Below are positions 22,901 to 34,597 of a DNA stretch of 64,000 nt, piece after piece; within the stretch, counting starts at the first letter, position 1; every line of letters starts with the position of its first letter. A model generated the notes under the pieces. It ran no database searches, was not told the DNA's origin, and saw only the letters and a program-made list of their open reading frames with translations. This stretch comes from Tubiluchus corallicola (taxonomy: Eukaryota > Animalia > Priapulida). Position numbers and translations under genes: made by a program. Location of the stretch: the NCBI GenBank assembly GCA_030141605.1, contig JAQGDQ010000450.1:62001-126000 (forward strand), written 5' to 3'.

Positions 22901-23746
22901 TTTAACAGTTTGCTAAACTTTGTATTATGCTCTAACCGAAAGTTGTAAATCATATATTGAAAATATATGTTGAAAATATATCATGACATCCCAGCTATGT
23001 TTTGGAATTGCTGTAGAAGTGATGTTGTGATTACTTGTATTGGAATAGCTACAAGGTTAAAAGTTCTGAATGGGCTAGCAATTTGAGTTTTCTTTGTTTT
23101 GGGTAAGGCGTTTTTGGAACATGGCAACTTTGTTTATTTTGATCCGTAATGTTCTAGCGTAATTAACTTACGCATTCACCACTTCATTCTCATTATGTGT
23201 TTAGAAGTTCTTGCAATGTCTGCTGCAATTCTGTTCTGAATTAACTAGCATTATAAATATCTTGCCTTCATAATCTTTGCGTTTTGCTTTATTTTTTCTA
23301 CTGCTTTTAGTACGTGCTCCAGTTAACACGAATGTGCTTTCTACACGAACATCTATAATATTCACTAATTTACAATTTCATGAGAATTATAATTTTTTGC
23401 AGAGTCACTAGCTGATAACTGCGTAAATACTGACCCCATGCCCAGTGACCTGATTTCATGGGACGATAGAAACGACATTATGGGTCGTCTTCAGGGTGGT
23501 GCATTTATTAGCGACAGTACGTGTGGACCATCCAAAGTTTCTAGACTTTCTCACCACTTGACAAAGAAGCAAGTTGAGCTTATTGTAGACTTGATCACCT
23601 ACGTCGGTCACAATAGACGTTTACGAATTTCACGCATCATGAAGGTGCTCAAAAGGCAATACAAAACTTTGGCAACTTTGGACAAGCTGTTAAAAATCCA
23701 AGATATGCTCGAAGTTACAAATGCTCTTGCGTCATCCGGTTACTAG
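1967..23746 (+). CDS. Secreted pentraxin-domain protein, ~397 aa, 8 coding exons
   Basis: Exons 1967-1990, 5483-5549, 6668-6838, 7927-8054, 13204-13349, 15694-15827, 18073-18252 and 23403-23746 are joined by GT-AG introns with compatible phases (1194 nt in total). Pentraxin motifs: VFPERSS, FTVCQW, LISY, WRHLCVSWRS (HxCxS/TWxS signature), VYIDG, GGSLLFGQ, SFVGNVTDLRMWSTLLT, LISW. Exons 1-2 give a signal-peptide-like MRSSILFWIWSCNLIATSHVLA. Exons 1-3 are less certain than exons 4-8. Confidence 0.8.
2120..2265. repeat. ~52-bp unit, three tandem copies
   Basis: CAAATATTATCGTGACAATTAGACAC-like unit repeated three times. Confidence 0.75.
2448..2551 (+). repeat. (GTGAG/GTAAG)n pentamer array
   Basis: Direct reading: gtgaggtgaagtgaagtgaggtaaggtgag...gtaaggtaaggtaa. 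Confidence 0.9.
3590..3990 (+). pseudogene. Decayed CR1/L2-group LINE 3' ORF2 fragment
   Basis: LQPPLTVQNKVVKYMTFAKY..HATP...LSLLKIEDIYNLELFKFMYKFNNRQLP, followed by H...TR and G..LWN motifs typical of the CR1-group C-terminus. Confidence 0.6.
5881..6078. mobile_element. MITE, probably PIF/Harbinger-like
   Basis: 27-bp imperfect TIRs GGCGTATCCAAACTAGCGAGCTTTCTC / GAGAAAGTTCGCTAGTTTGAACGCGCC, with TAA/TTA-like flanks. Confidence 0.65.
6553..6667. repeat. ~55-bp tandem duplication ending at a splice acceptor
   Basis: ACACTGGCAAAAGTA..AAAACTAATTATTACTAATTTG.TACTG.TAGCTGCTACA occurs twice. Confidence 0.85.
8410..10560 (-). mobile_element. CR1-group LINE (APE endonuclease and linker present, RT core deleted), frameshifted
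   Basis: APE motifs LNINSVRHKF, DILFVGQSKLDDSF, RNAKGGGV, ILIGDLNFD, PTCF. ARITPLHKK..DKSNYRPV then joins directly (~8920) to the C-terminal region ending WNELP...W..DICRCSVC. Element sequence may extend to ~12060. Confidence 0.8.
13445..13620 (+). pseudogene. LINE ORF2 3' end (CCHC knuckle), split by the Academ insertion; continues at 15261-15310
   Basis: RYCVCGWEAQDAKHYFLECNRYEPIR...FLLNGSDSFAEDENI continues in frame after the insertion as VLI*NVLEFIERKRGF. Confidence 0.75.
13621..15257 (+). mobile_element. Non-autonomous Academ DNA transposon (internal deletion derivative)
   Basis: Termini TAGTGTAGG...CCTACACTA. TIRs at 13621-13954 and 14933-15257, with three substitutions counted in the inner ~300 bp. 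3-bp TSD ATT (13618-13620, 15258-15260). The internal ORF carries Academ-type XPG-like and Cys8 motifs. Confidence 0.88.
13955..14779 (+). pseudogene. C-terminal fragment of Academ transposase (XPG-like nuclease plus Cys8/CXC zinc finger), uninterrupted reading frame
   Basis: DTLLILHA, SPDTDVLLLL, FHALTGSDTSGRFAG, LERFVC.LY, LPPT..AL..HI.RA.Y...IW, FGW, CKCKRGCEGKCSCRKNNIPCTEVCGC. It starts mid-motif at the inner edge of the left TIR and has no proper ATG. Confidence 0.85.
16261..16727. repeat. CAC/CACCA-rich low-complexity repeat
   Basis: Degenerate (CACCA)n with a recurrent ACACCCTACCAC.CCACCAC.CCATCCGTGGCAC unit. Confidence 0.9.
17317..17818 (-). mobile_element. 5S rRNA-derived SINE (SINE3-type), copy 2
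   Basis: Reverse-complement homolog of 254-772, with tail GAAGGATGCCAACAACAA. The flanking direct repeat TATCCAT (17310-17316, 17819-17825) is a probable TSD. Confidence 0.87.
17700..17818 (-). rRNA. Full-length 5S rRNA-derived head of SINE copy 2
   Basis: 119-nt 5S-like sequence with box A (AGTTAAGCAACG) and box C (TGGATGGGTGACCGCC). No T4 terminator follows it. Confidence 0.9.
18629..22566 (-). mobile_element. 5'-truncated, decayed APE-RT LINE (RTEX-like)
   Basis: End of endonuclease (WVSQLDF, SNHAPI); RT motifs FVDFEKAYDRV, GVKQGSPSSCVLF, MDDT, YVYLG; C-terminal SHRLRIETGRW...RLCPCG..QTEKH. AATAAA plus a (CATA)n tail at ~18629-18648. Candidate TSD TATGGA (18623-18628, 22567-22572). Confidence 0.85.
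20918..22142 (-). mobile_element. Solo LTR (1225 bp) inserted in the LINE
   Basis: TGTGA...TCACA termini and a 5-bp TSD GCCAT (20913-20917, 22143-22147). Removing it restores the LINE frame RFRRVMA|KLPVPRY. Orientation is inferred from a minus-strand AATAAA near 21022-21027. Confidence 0.85.
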
Positions 23747-26125
23747 TAAAAATTCAACAGACATCACTTAATGAATGAATAACTTCTTGCTTTAGTACGT
23801 TACTGCTAATTAAAGTACCAGCTTTGGAATATTGGGTTTACAATTAAATTTTTGTTTTGGTCATTTGCAATAATATAGGCCTAATGTGCATTTGGTCATT
23901 TTAACCTTTGCAATGTGTGAGTTTTGCATGTAAAGTGTTTAGTGAAGTTTAAAAAAATTTATTGTTATAAGATTAATAATAAAAACTGTTCTGGGAATCT
24001 AACTGTAATTATTATTAAAGTAATAATAATAAAATTATAATTATAAGTTAATTCCAAATAAAAGAATGAAAATGAAAAAAGACCAGCTAAATATGAAAGT
24101 GAAAATAGAAGGAAGAACTGAAAATCCAAACATCGAATCCGTGCATGTTGCGGTCCTGCTACAAGCTGAACACTGACTTGTAGGAGAATAAATGCTTGTT
24201 AACAGCTTAGGGCTACATGTTTTTAACGTAACTTATCTGGCAAGATACAGGCAACTAAACAATAAACCAAGCACATCAATCAGACATTTTACATACCTAG
24301 TGACAACTAACCAACAAATCAATCAACCAACTACGTAGCCAGGCTGTCAACCAAAAAGTGAATCCAACAAAAGAGACCTAAACACTTAATTAAAAATTAT
24401 TGCAAAGCCCCGATCACATTAATTTCTTGTAGTTTATTACACTAACTTTTATACACTTTCAAGACTGGCATTATTCAATAGGACAAAATTATTCGTACTG
24501 ATGTGGAACTTCTTTGTTATTACTGGTATTGCAGATTTTATAACACTAGTTGTCCTTAATTTTATTCATCGAGCATTAATTCGAATATGCTCAGGGCATC
24601 ATGCAAATACGTTCACACCTATATATATCTTTATTTCGTACAAATCATTAAACAAATGTACACTTTTTAATAGTTAGCAAATTTAGTAAATACATTTAAA
24701 TTAATATTAATGATAATTTATGACCGGATTATTGGAAAAAATAAATACTAATATAAGTAAAAAAATAACGCTAATACCAATATGTCTGTATTTCTGTATG
24801 CCGTATTTCTGTAATGTATTTTAGGCTATTTTACTAATTTTGGTAAACTTGAAACTTCCAGTACGTTTATTATATGTAAATACTAACTATTGTATTGCAA
24901 GTTTATCCATACTCGCAATAACACTCAACACTGAAATAAATATAGTGGTGGCTGACTTGATAACTTACGTTTGTTTGCCACCCTTTCCCTATACATAGTA
25001 CTTAAAAATCAATTATTATGTCATATTTACATTTTGTTTTAATTCATTACTGTTATATTGTACTAATATTTTTACTAACAGGTGAAAAATAAAAGGAAAT
25101 TCTAACCCCAATTCTAGTTCTTGCATCAGTTCCAAACAATACAGTCTGATTAATGAATTAGTACAGAAAAAAATCACACGTTATATCACCCAGTTGGCAT
25201 CATAAGCGAAATGAAAATTTTCTGAAATACAGGTTTGTTCTAAATACATAATTTATTACATCAACTTCCTTATCTGGTTTCTCTTCTTATTCTCGTGGAG
25301 AATGTACTGAGAAATTGTTCACTGAGATGCTTTCACTAATTTTTACAATAATTTACATTTAATTGATGTTTACACTAATTATGACATGTGACATAATTCA
25401 GTAGGGCCAATTATTCCTACTGGTTTGCAACGTTGTTATTCCTGACCAGTATTGTAGGGGTGTTGCGTCTGCTGTGTCATCTAGAAAATCTTGCTTTAAT
25501 TGTAACGAATATTATTAGGATATTCTTTATTTTTTATTTTCATTATTTCATATTTTTTTACTTCTATGTACTGTAAATAAATAAGTAAATTGGCAGGATA
25601 GGATTATCCCATAGGCTAGTACTCTACTTGCATCATGCTTGGCATTGTGTGGATCTACTGGATAAAGTTTCTTATTTCCTTCATTTTGTGTATACAATTA
25701 CAATAATCCTGCCTTGCTACTCTGAGCTCAACAACAACATCCCCTATAAAGACCTTGAAGCGCAGAGCAAATTAGTTTTGGTGTCAGAGGTGTTGATTAG
25801 ATTAGATTTATTGACTAATAATTACAAATGCACAAGGTAAGAACTTAACAAAGAGAAAATTAGTCCAACTGCAAGAACAATCGACATGAGGTAATAACAC
25901 CTTTTTCACGAAGCCAGTTTTAATTTTATCAATGAACATTATGATTCCATCTGTCATTTGTTGTTCCATGGTCGCAAACCCAGAAAAACAGGACGACTCT
26001 GCTGCAGTGGTAGTGAACTTGCAGAGGCTCAACTAAAAAAGGTCACTCCCTTAAAACAACCGTGCTGTATAAGCTATATTTACTGTATCAGCTATACACA
26101 GCTATATTTACTTTACCATATCAGC

Positions 26126-26128
<3 letters not shown>

Positions 26129-26158
<30 letters not shown>
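26129..26158. repeat. (AC)n microsatellite
   Basis: Direct reading. Confidence 0.95.
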
Positions 26159-26162
<4 letters not shown>

Positions 26163-27339
26163 AATTGAAACAATATATTATGAGGTATATATTTCTAAAT
26201 CCTGAGTGTAAAATACCTTGTGGTGCAGTGGTGTGACAGAAGGCCCTTTAAATTTCAGAGCCTACACAACAAGCTCCACATTATTTAATACATAGACTGG
26301 TAATTGTTGCAAAATGTTGTTCACTTGTATACATTCGGTCTACAATTTATTATGTTTGCTAACTACTTCGTTTTTATGTAGGGTTAAAATTTGTAAAATA
26401 TTGTAGCAAAGGAACCCTATAATCCAGGACATTTGCCTACAGTGGCATTTTTAGCGTACAAACACAAAATTGTTTTATTACAGACCAAAACATTTAATTC
26501 AGGCAAAAACATCTTAGATACTACGGCAAAATACTTTCAATGACAAAAATTTTTACATCTTGCATGGTTTTAGGAACGAACAAAATTAACCTATCATCAA
26601 AATTTGCATACCATCTTCAATTATTGCATTCATAAACTTTGGCTTTCGAAAGAACAAAACATTCTGTTGTGCTTCTTTCTTAGTTTGTACAAATATGCTA
26701 CCCGTACTCACCAACATGCAAAAATGATTACTGCTACAAATTACTGTTACAATTACTGCTACTGTTACAAATTAGATAACAGAAATGAGACATAATTAAA
26801 TCCCCCTGGGCGTCTTTTCTGACCTAGTCTTTCCTCTTTTGCCACTTTGCATAAAATTCTTATCTGCTCTTTCATCCGGTTATGAGCTTTCACTATACCA
26901 CATATATGTAGCACATTATGTTGCCATTTCTCTAAAAAATCCTGTAACTGTTTTACATACCAGCCAGGTTTAATTATACAGAGCTCTGGAAATCATAAAA
27001 AAAGGCGTATATCTCACTTCAAAAGGTACACCACACAAGATATCATATCAGTGTGGAAAAAGCAAATAACAGTAAGCAGAGGTTAACGTAAAATAACAAC
27101 TTTCAAAAGCGAATGTATACTTGTACATGCATTTTAGATGGCATAATTAGTATACATACTGCGTCGGACACCGTAAAGGGCAAGATGAAAATATCACAGT
27201 TACTGTAATAATGACAAAAAAATTATTGTAAACAACGCAAAAGAAAAATGACAAAAATGGAATAATATAAAAAATAACACCTGTGTCTTTTTCGCTCTGA
27301 TATATCTACTTTTACTATTTACCTACATTCATAATTTTT

Positions 27340-27800
27340 TAGATGAAGATAATATTTACTGCGAAGAATATGGCAGAGAATTTAACACTAATTTTGTGAA
27401 TATCAGCAACAACAAGGTGGGAAATCATTGTGTTTTATTCTTTAAACGTAAGACTGATGCAACTTATCCTAAAATAATACTTGATGGTAGGCCCTTAAAA
27501 CGGCTCACTAAAGTTTATCATTTGGGCCACCTTATTAACTCTAGATTGGAAGATGACGACGACTACCAAAAAAAAATTGATTTTATATGCAAAGTTTGTC
27601 ACGTAATCTCAGATTTATCCATAAGCTCCTTCTCACTTGAAAAAGTCTGTACTTTCTACGTACCGTTGTATTTTTACTGGTTGTTGTTCACTAAAAACTA
27701 AATTCGTCTACTTTGGAAAAGTCAAGTGCAAGTTTTAATATTACGGTTAGGCCGTTTTATCCCTTACCAAACATGACACATACTAGATTTTTGCCATTTA
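27340..27800 (+). pseudogene. Decayed LINE RT/post-RT fragment
   Basis: IILDGRPLKRLTKVYHLGHLINSRLEDDDD...FICKV and later LPNMTHTRFLP, typical of L2-group ORF2. Confidence 0.6.
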
Positions 27801-28984
27801 ATATTGACATGTGCTTGCTTGTAGTGTCTCTACACTGTATATTTTATGAAGTTATAAAAAAAATTACACACGATGTCACCTGTACGTTGTTAATATTTTC
27901 TTTAATTTAGCAAGCGAGATTTGTAGTAAGATATAAAACGATTACCTTCTGTTTCAGAGAGGAACCATGCCAATTTATCGGCAGCAAATGAATTACTATG
28001 CATTGCTAGTCAGTAGTCAATTACCTGGTTTTAATAATCAGGAAATAAGTACATTTTAACCTATGTATTAACCTGCTAATTATCTTTTTTGCTACTGCGC
28101 TAATAGTCTATTTATTTGTCCTTTTGTATTGTTTATATTATTTTGCTTTTTTATGTGTGAAATAGTTATTGTACTTTGAGTACGTAATAAACGATAGCAA
28201 TAACTGTAAACAGTAGGTACCCATGGCTGCTAAGTACTATACTCTCAGCCTCTATATATATATCTTCAAGCAATTTTGCTGCACGTTTTATAGACAGTTT
28301 ATTGATACACTTTGATTTGCTGCTGCTACACTAAATGTTTGGATAGCTCTCCAGCAGATTGAAAAAATTTACTCCAAAGTAGAAAAAATAACAATTCCGG
28401 GTTCCTGACTTTTACGAAAGAAAATGACATCTCTTGATAACTTTCTCCCACTTCTAAATCACATACAATGATCAAGAGCTAATAGATTGGAGGCAATAGC
28501 CTTTTTTCAGACTTGCCTTACTAAATCACTTACATACTTTACAATTTATATAAAGTGAAAAGATGAAGCAATAAATATTTAATTCTCAAGTTGTCTGAGT
28601 TTAGCTTTATAAATCTATGTTCGTTTTTGCATTTATAGAGCTTTAATGTTGGTGTTCAAAATGAAACCAGTCTAAGTCATGTGACCGAAGTTTTAGCCTA
28701 CCATCTATCGCATTCACTCTTACACTTGGTCAGTTTACCAGTTGTCATCATGCCGATCATTTAGTTAAGTGTTACCTGAATTCCATTATTAATTTCCTTA
28801 TAATGTAAGACGTGTCACAAGTTGCTTAGTTCTTGAAGCCAATGCCGTCATCAGCCAAATATCATAACTATAACATCTGCTAAACGATTGATGTGACGGT
28901 AAGGGAGTGCAACTACTGTTTGTTATTATCGTTGTTGTTGCTTTTGTTGCCGTTATCGTTATCATTATCACCATCATCATCATG

Positions 28985-29101
<117 letters not shown>

Positions 29102-29929
29102 GTGATTGTTACTGTTGTTGTTGTTATTGCTGCTGCTGCTACTGTTGCTGTTGTAAGTTACAATAATTGAATTTTTTCCCGCTTTTCTTTATTACTTTAG
29201 TTTTTTTTAGCTTTCTTTCTTCACCGTTTTCGCTCTCGCCGTCCCACCCGTGGTCGGAAAAAAGCTTGTTTTTGCACAACGTATATTTCAACGCCTGGTG
29301 TTTTGCTACCACAAGTGGGAGCTTTGTATATAGTTTGTTTTAGTTACACTGTTCAGTAGTGTCACTGAAATAAAAATATGTATTAATAGTAACGCTAACG
29401 AAATGGCTAGTCACTTGTAACAGTTTACGCGTTGTAGATCTAGCGGTAATTTTCATGTTGTTTAGTTACTTTAATAGACTGTTGGGAGCGGAGTAGGATA
29501 CTAGCTGAAGTAGGACAATTGGCGTGCATGGGTCGTTAACCGTACTGGCAACGTCCTTGTTTATTTAATAATAATGATTGAAAATGTCAATACACGTTGC
29601 ATAATTTATTATACATCTGATAAAATAAAAGAATCTTATTCTGAGCTTGTAGAACGCCCAACATTATGTTTAGCTTCGATATTAATCTTTTTGAAGTGAA
29701 ATAAGCCCACTTTTAGACGATTCCAACATTTGCTTAAGCCTAAGGTATATCATTTTTTCTTTTGTCTCGGTTCACAGACAGGTGATCCGTTTCACTACTT
29801 CTTGGATAAATAATTGTTTTCTACTAAGTAAACGAGCTACGTGCCTTACATAGTTTGTCTTTAAAGCACTAGATATTTGGTTTAAAATAAGATTATCATG
29901 GATTAGTGCTGTTTTCAGTCAACAGATGT

Positions 29930-30330
29930 AGCCAAATAGACGTACCCGTTGGCGTGGCCTATAGGGGCCTAGTAGAGAATGACTGTTCTATTGGTGGAAA
30001 TGACCACCTTATTATGCTTGAGCATAATACACAGTTACGCCCGACTTTTTGAATTTAAACCAATTGAATTGCACACATTTTTATGCCAATGCTGCTAGCT
30101 AAGCTTACAGTTCACTGCTTGTAGAACCACCAACATCGTGTAAATGATAAAATAGATACATGCTGATCTTAGGTTTTTGTTAGTGCTCATGCTTAACATT
30201 CATTTACAAATTAAAATACCTTGCGATTTTAACTGCAACGTAAAAAATTGATTTTCTGACATGACAGTTATAGCTGTTTACAACGAGAGGTGAAATGAAG
30301 AATAGGAGCTGAACAAGTGCTAAGGTAAGG
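29930..30330 (+). promoter_or_regulatory. Candidate promoter and non-coding first exon of the elongase gene
   Basis: Several CCAAT/ATTGG boxes (~29990, 30060, 30086) and a strong donor AAG|GTAAGG at 30324/30325. The ELOVL start codon is preceded by an acceptor at 36655, so an upstream exon or a trans-splice site is required. Inference only. Confidence 0.3.
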
Positions 30331-33053
30331 TAATGTGTGGGTCAACTGTCATTTTTCGTCGTAATTACGTCGATAAATAAATCTGAAATTGGCAGCAAAA
30401 CATTTATAAAAAACTGGATGAAGACTATGGTGATAAGGGTAAGGTTAATGATAATAATAGCAGCAATTAATACGCTTGAAAGGTAGTATGAGTCTTCACT
30501 GTTGTTTCAGTATTTTGAACTTATTTAAGCTGTATATTTATTTATTTCACATTGTCAGATTCAGTAAAGTACTGTAGTAATACATGTGCAAGTGCCAACC
30601 TAGTTTGCCTTTGGATGGCATCTGCTTTGCATAATATAACAATAATAATGTGTTCATAACAGGTATTGCAATGTACAAAATCTATTATTGAGGTTATAAC
30701 ACATGTATTGTGTATGTGTAAACAGTAGGCATGATAGACTCACTATTATTCCAGTAGTACTTTTGATGTAGATAATAAATTTTTCTCTATGTTACTCATT
30801 CTTTTTGTACCCTTGGGCCTAGCAGAAAAATTATGTGCCAATTTCTACCTTGGACTATGCAAGCAGCAATCCAGCACTCAAAAATAAGACTTTTTGTTAA
30901 AATGTATGTTGCTAGCTGGGTGTAGCAGACCTTCAGGTATTATACTGGATAGTAGTTCTTTAAAGTAAGACACTGAATCAAAAGAAATGTCTTCGACACC
31001 TATGATTGAGCATTCATCTTTCATGAATAGACTTTTCTAGTGGTCATCCATCAATTTACTGCCCTTTTTAACATTGCTTAACCTCAGTTGTTAAGCTCTC
31101 ACTGTGACCATACCATCAGTTATTTCTCTTTTGGGGTGATATAAGCACGTGTACAAACCTAAGAACATGGCGCTACAGAAAATTGTGAAAAATTAAAATG
31201 TTATGTTTCTATTATAATGTTGAATATATTGTGAATAAACAACTACTTTATTTTGTTTGCTTTAATTAACGTTTATTTAATAGTTGCTTTGAATTAGTGC
31301 TTATGTTAGTATATAGAAGTTAGAAAATTCCTGATGTTAAAAAAGTAATAAACTATCTATGTGCACTGTTGCACAAGTGTTTTGGCTGTTATTACGGAAA
31401 TTTTCCATCTTATTAAATTTTAGTAATTTATAGTCTATATATAATTATGTAAGAAAGCCTTACTTTCATAGAAATGTACATTTAATAATGACCAGTGACG
31501 AGTGCATTTTTGTTAGCAGTTAAATATTGCACTACAAGTGAATGGTATACATGTAGGATTTCTGTGCTGGCCTGAATGAATTTCATAATTGCTTTTAGCA
31601 CACTTTTACTATGGAATGTGCTTCTTATTAAACCGTATGGCTATTTGACTTCTAAGTGGAGTTTATTAATTGTTTTCATAAAAAATTATGCTAAATTTTG
31701 TCGAGTCATTGACATAGTTCTTGTGACGAATTAGTCATTGTATGTTATTGGGCAGTAACCTTTGCTAAGCAGGGCAGGGGGGACAAAGGGAAACGAAAAA
31801 AAATAGACTTCCGACATGCACACAGATAGAGATAGAAAGGGGACGGGAATGGGATGAGAGGAAGAGAAACACATAGTGAAATGGACGAAAGTACGACATG
31901 TTCAAAACATTGAATTTTTATTAGTCGGCAGTTCTATGGTCTACCATTGTCATTCACATAAAGTTTATTGGTTAAAATATTAACCACACTATGAACAGAG
32001 CTATTTAACCTGTTCCTTTTCCATAATGTTGTAGCAGCTGCACAAAGCAGCACTTCATCAGTTTTAAAATTCACCCGTAAACGTAAGTGCAAATTAATTT
32101 TGAACATTAGGCGTAAACCTGTAGCTCTTCAAGTAGCTTTTGTAATAAACATTTTCTTACAAACAGACTAATCGTACATTTACATTATCCCATGCTAAGA
32201 TGTCTCAATATATTTCTAATAAAATTAATAGACCTTTGTTTTCACAAACTGCTTGTCTAAAATTTACATGCAGGTTTTAACAAAAATATTAGTTGTATAT
32301 ACAGTTTAATTGCCGTTTTAGACTTAAATAAAAAGAGCGGTAAGGTAGTATCTATCATTTAACTGTTGTTAGAGTACGTGTGCCTCAGCTATGTGTTTTC
32401 GCCAGAGTTACTGCTGTACTTCATTTGAAGGGTCCTCACTCTGCTTTTTATCAATGTTTTGTTGTATACAGAATGATCGTTCATTGTTCTATGAACCGTC
32501 TTTTTATTGTTAACTTTTATTTAATAAACCCCATTTTTGTGTATTTAAAAAACAGAGTTTATCAAAGTCTGCTACACATGGCCAGTAACATTACATTGTT
32601 CTATAGGTTAGACTCGATGGCTGTTGTGCATACTGTATAGAACTGTATACATTGTCTGAAGTCCATCTACTTTCAAATTTTGGTGTAAATTCAGCCCGAT
32701 TACAAAAGGATGATAAGGCAGATTTAATGTTATAATTATATTAATTGAGCTATTAATAATGACGATATTATTGTAAAAAATACATTTGTAAATTGCCAAG
32801 GACTATCCATCATTATTATAAAGTTCCTTTTTTTCTAAAACAAATTTAGTTTTATGTTTTATTAATTCTCTATTCTCGACAGAAATCGCCTGTGCCCTAC
32901 TTGGGCTGCCCATGCACAACACGGCTTTTCTGCAAATTTAGCACATGCGCTTTAGCGGAAGTGTCCTACTTCGGCTAATGGTGTACTCCATCCCTACAAG
33001 AACATAGAACTTTTATTTTCTCCATTATAGTTTTACAGCAAAAGTCTTAGTTA

Positions 33054-34597
33054 CCTTACCTTAGACCTTAGTCCTTCCTGCGCATTGATGCACATTGGGC
33101 AGACAGCATTTTCCACTGAGTTCTATCGGCGGCTTCGTTCTCTACGTTTTCCCAACGTCTGTTGACAGCTCGAAGGTCTTCTTTGAAGGATCTGCGCCAC
33201 GTTGTTTTTGGCCGACCTCTTTTTCGTTTCCCACCAGGTGGTTCCCACTGTACTGCTGTTTTGGCGTAGCGACTTTCTGATAGACGGAGAATATGTCCAG
33301 CCAGTTTCATTCTTCTCTCTGTAACTATATCTTGTAACCGCAATGACTGCGCTCGTTGAAGAACTTCTACATTGGTGACATGGTCGCGGTAGGAGATTTT
33401 TAGTATCTTTCGAAGGCATTTTTGGTGGAAGACGTTCAGTTTCTTTGATAACTCCGCTGTGACTTTCCAGGTTTCGCTAGCATAGAGAGCCGTTGGCAGC
33501 ACAATGGCGTTGTACAGACGAAGTTTGATTTTCATGTCAATTTTCTTGCTTGTCCAGATTTTTCCCATCTTCCTAAATACTGCTGTTGCTTTGCCGATTC
33601 TCCCCCTGATGTCATTTTCTGTACCTCCATTACAGGTCATCACACTGCCCAGATATGAAAAACTGGTAACGTTCTTAACCATTTGGCCTCCCACTGTTAT
33701 ATGTACATCATTCTGTTGGTTTGTCCACACTTTCAAAACTTTGGTCTTTTCTTGACTAATTCTCAATCCAATTTTTCCCGCTACTTCTTCCATACTTGTG
33801 GTCAGTTGTTGCAGGCTTTCTTTTGATGTTTCCAGAAGAGCTATATCGTCAGCAAAGTCCAGATCTGCCAATCGTTGTTGTTGTTTCCATTGCATTCCTA
33901 GATCTTTACCATCAACAGCCTTGTTCATGATGAAATCAATCGTCAGTAGGAATAGGAATGGCGACATAATGCAACCCTGCTTAACTCCAGTTTCGATGGT
34001 GAAATACTCGGTGTTTCCCTCTTGTGTTCTTATACAACAGCCGCTGTTTTGGTAAAAGTTCTGGATGGTTGAAATGAATTTCTGTGGGATACCATACAGA
34101 GAAGCAATTTTCCATAGAGACTGCCTGTGAACAGAGTCAAAAGCCTTCTTGAAATCAATAAAATTGATTAATAAGGACTGTTGGAATTCCATACATTGCT
34201 CAATGATGTTTCTGAGAGTGAATATCTGTTCACAGCATGATCTTCCTTTTCTAAATCCAGCTTGTTGTTCTCTTAGTCTTATATCAGCAGCATCTCTCAA
34301 CCGATCTAGCAGCACTATACTCAGGACTTTTCCAGGTATTGACATCAGAGTTATTCCTCTCCAATTATTGCAATCTGTCAGGTTCCCTTTTTTAGGCAAC
34401 TTCACGATGACTCCATTTCTCCAATCTTCGGGGACCTTTTGTTGTTCCCAGCAGCTGTTCAGGAGCTTTGTCATTGATTGTGTTATCCCTTTATTACCGT
34501 GTTTCAGGAGCTCAGCTGTTATTTGGTCCTCTCCTGCTGCTTTAAAAATTATACTTAAAAATTATACTTAAAAATTATACTTTTAAAATTATACTTT
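33054..34597 (-). mobile_element. Young 5'-truncated RTE-clade LINE
   Basis: Intact RT ORF, tail TAAGGTCTAAGGTAAGG, and a perfect 14-bp TSD AAAAGTCTTAGTTA (33040-33053, 34598-34611). A 13-bp tandem filler sits at the 5' junction. Confidence 0.93.
33068..34540 (-). CDS. RTE reverse transcriptase (C-terminal ~490 aa, endonuclease missing)
   Basis: KAAGEDQITAELLK, KKGNLTDCNNWRGITL, QAGFRKGRSC, FIDFKKAFDSV, GVKQGCIMSPFLF, LDFADDIALL, FSYLGS, GKRKRGRPKTTW. No stops or frameshifts. Confidence 0.92.
   Translation of the reverse strand, partial: AAGEDQITAELLKHGNKGITQSMTKLLNSCWEQQKVPEDWRNGVIVKLPKKGNLTDCNNWRGITLMSIPGKVLSIVLLDRLRDAADIRLREQQAGFRKGRSCCEQIFTLRNIIEQCMEFQQSLLINFIDFKKAFDSVHRQSLWKIASLYGIPQKFISTIQNFYQNSGCCIRTQEGNTEYFTIETGVKQGCIMSPFLFLLTIDFIMNKAVDGKDLGMQWKQQQRLADLDFADDIALLETSKESLQQLTTSMEEVAGKIGLRISQEKTKVLKVWTNQQNDVHITVGGQMVKNVTSFSYLGSVMTCNGGTENDIRGRIGKATAVFRKMGKIWTSKKIDMKIKLRLYNAIVLPTALYASETWKVTAELSKKLNVFHQKCLRKILKISYRDHVTNVEVLQRAQSLRLQDIVTERRMKLAGHILRLSESRYAKTAVQWEPPGGKRKRGRPKTTWRRSFKEDLRAVNRRWENVENEAADRTQWKMLSAQCASMRRKD

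Noticed and set aside
24135-24270. Twister-like or SINE-like structured segment
   Set aside because: I could not build the twister pseudoknots and there is no second copy in the window.
25820-26050. Possible decayed Tc1 transposase fragment (minus strand)
   Set aside because: Resemblance needs several frameshifts, and no TIRs were found.
32880-32990. HDV-like fold next to the RTE (hairpin TAGCGGAAGT/ACTTCGGCTA)
   Set aside because: Only one hairpin is supported, P1/P3 are missing, and it lies outside the TSD.
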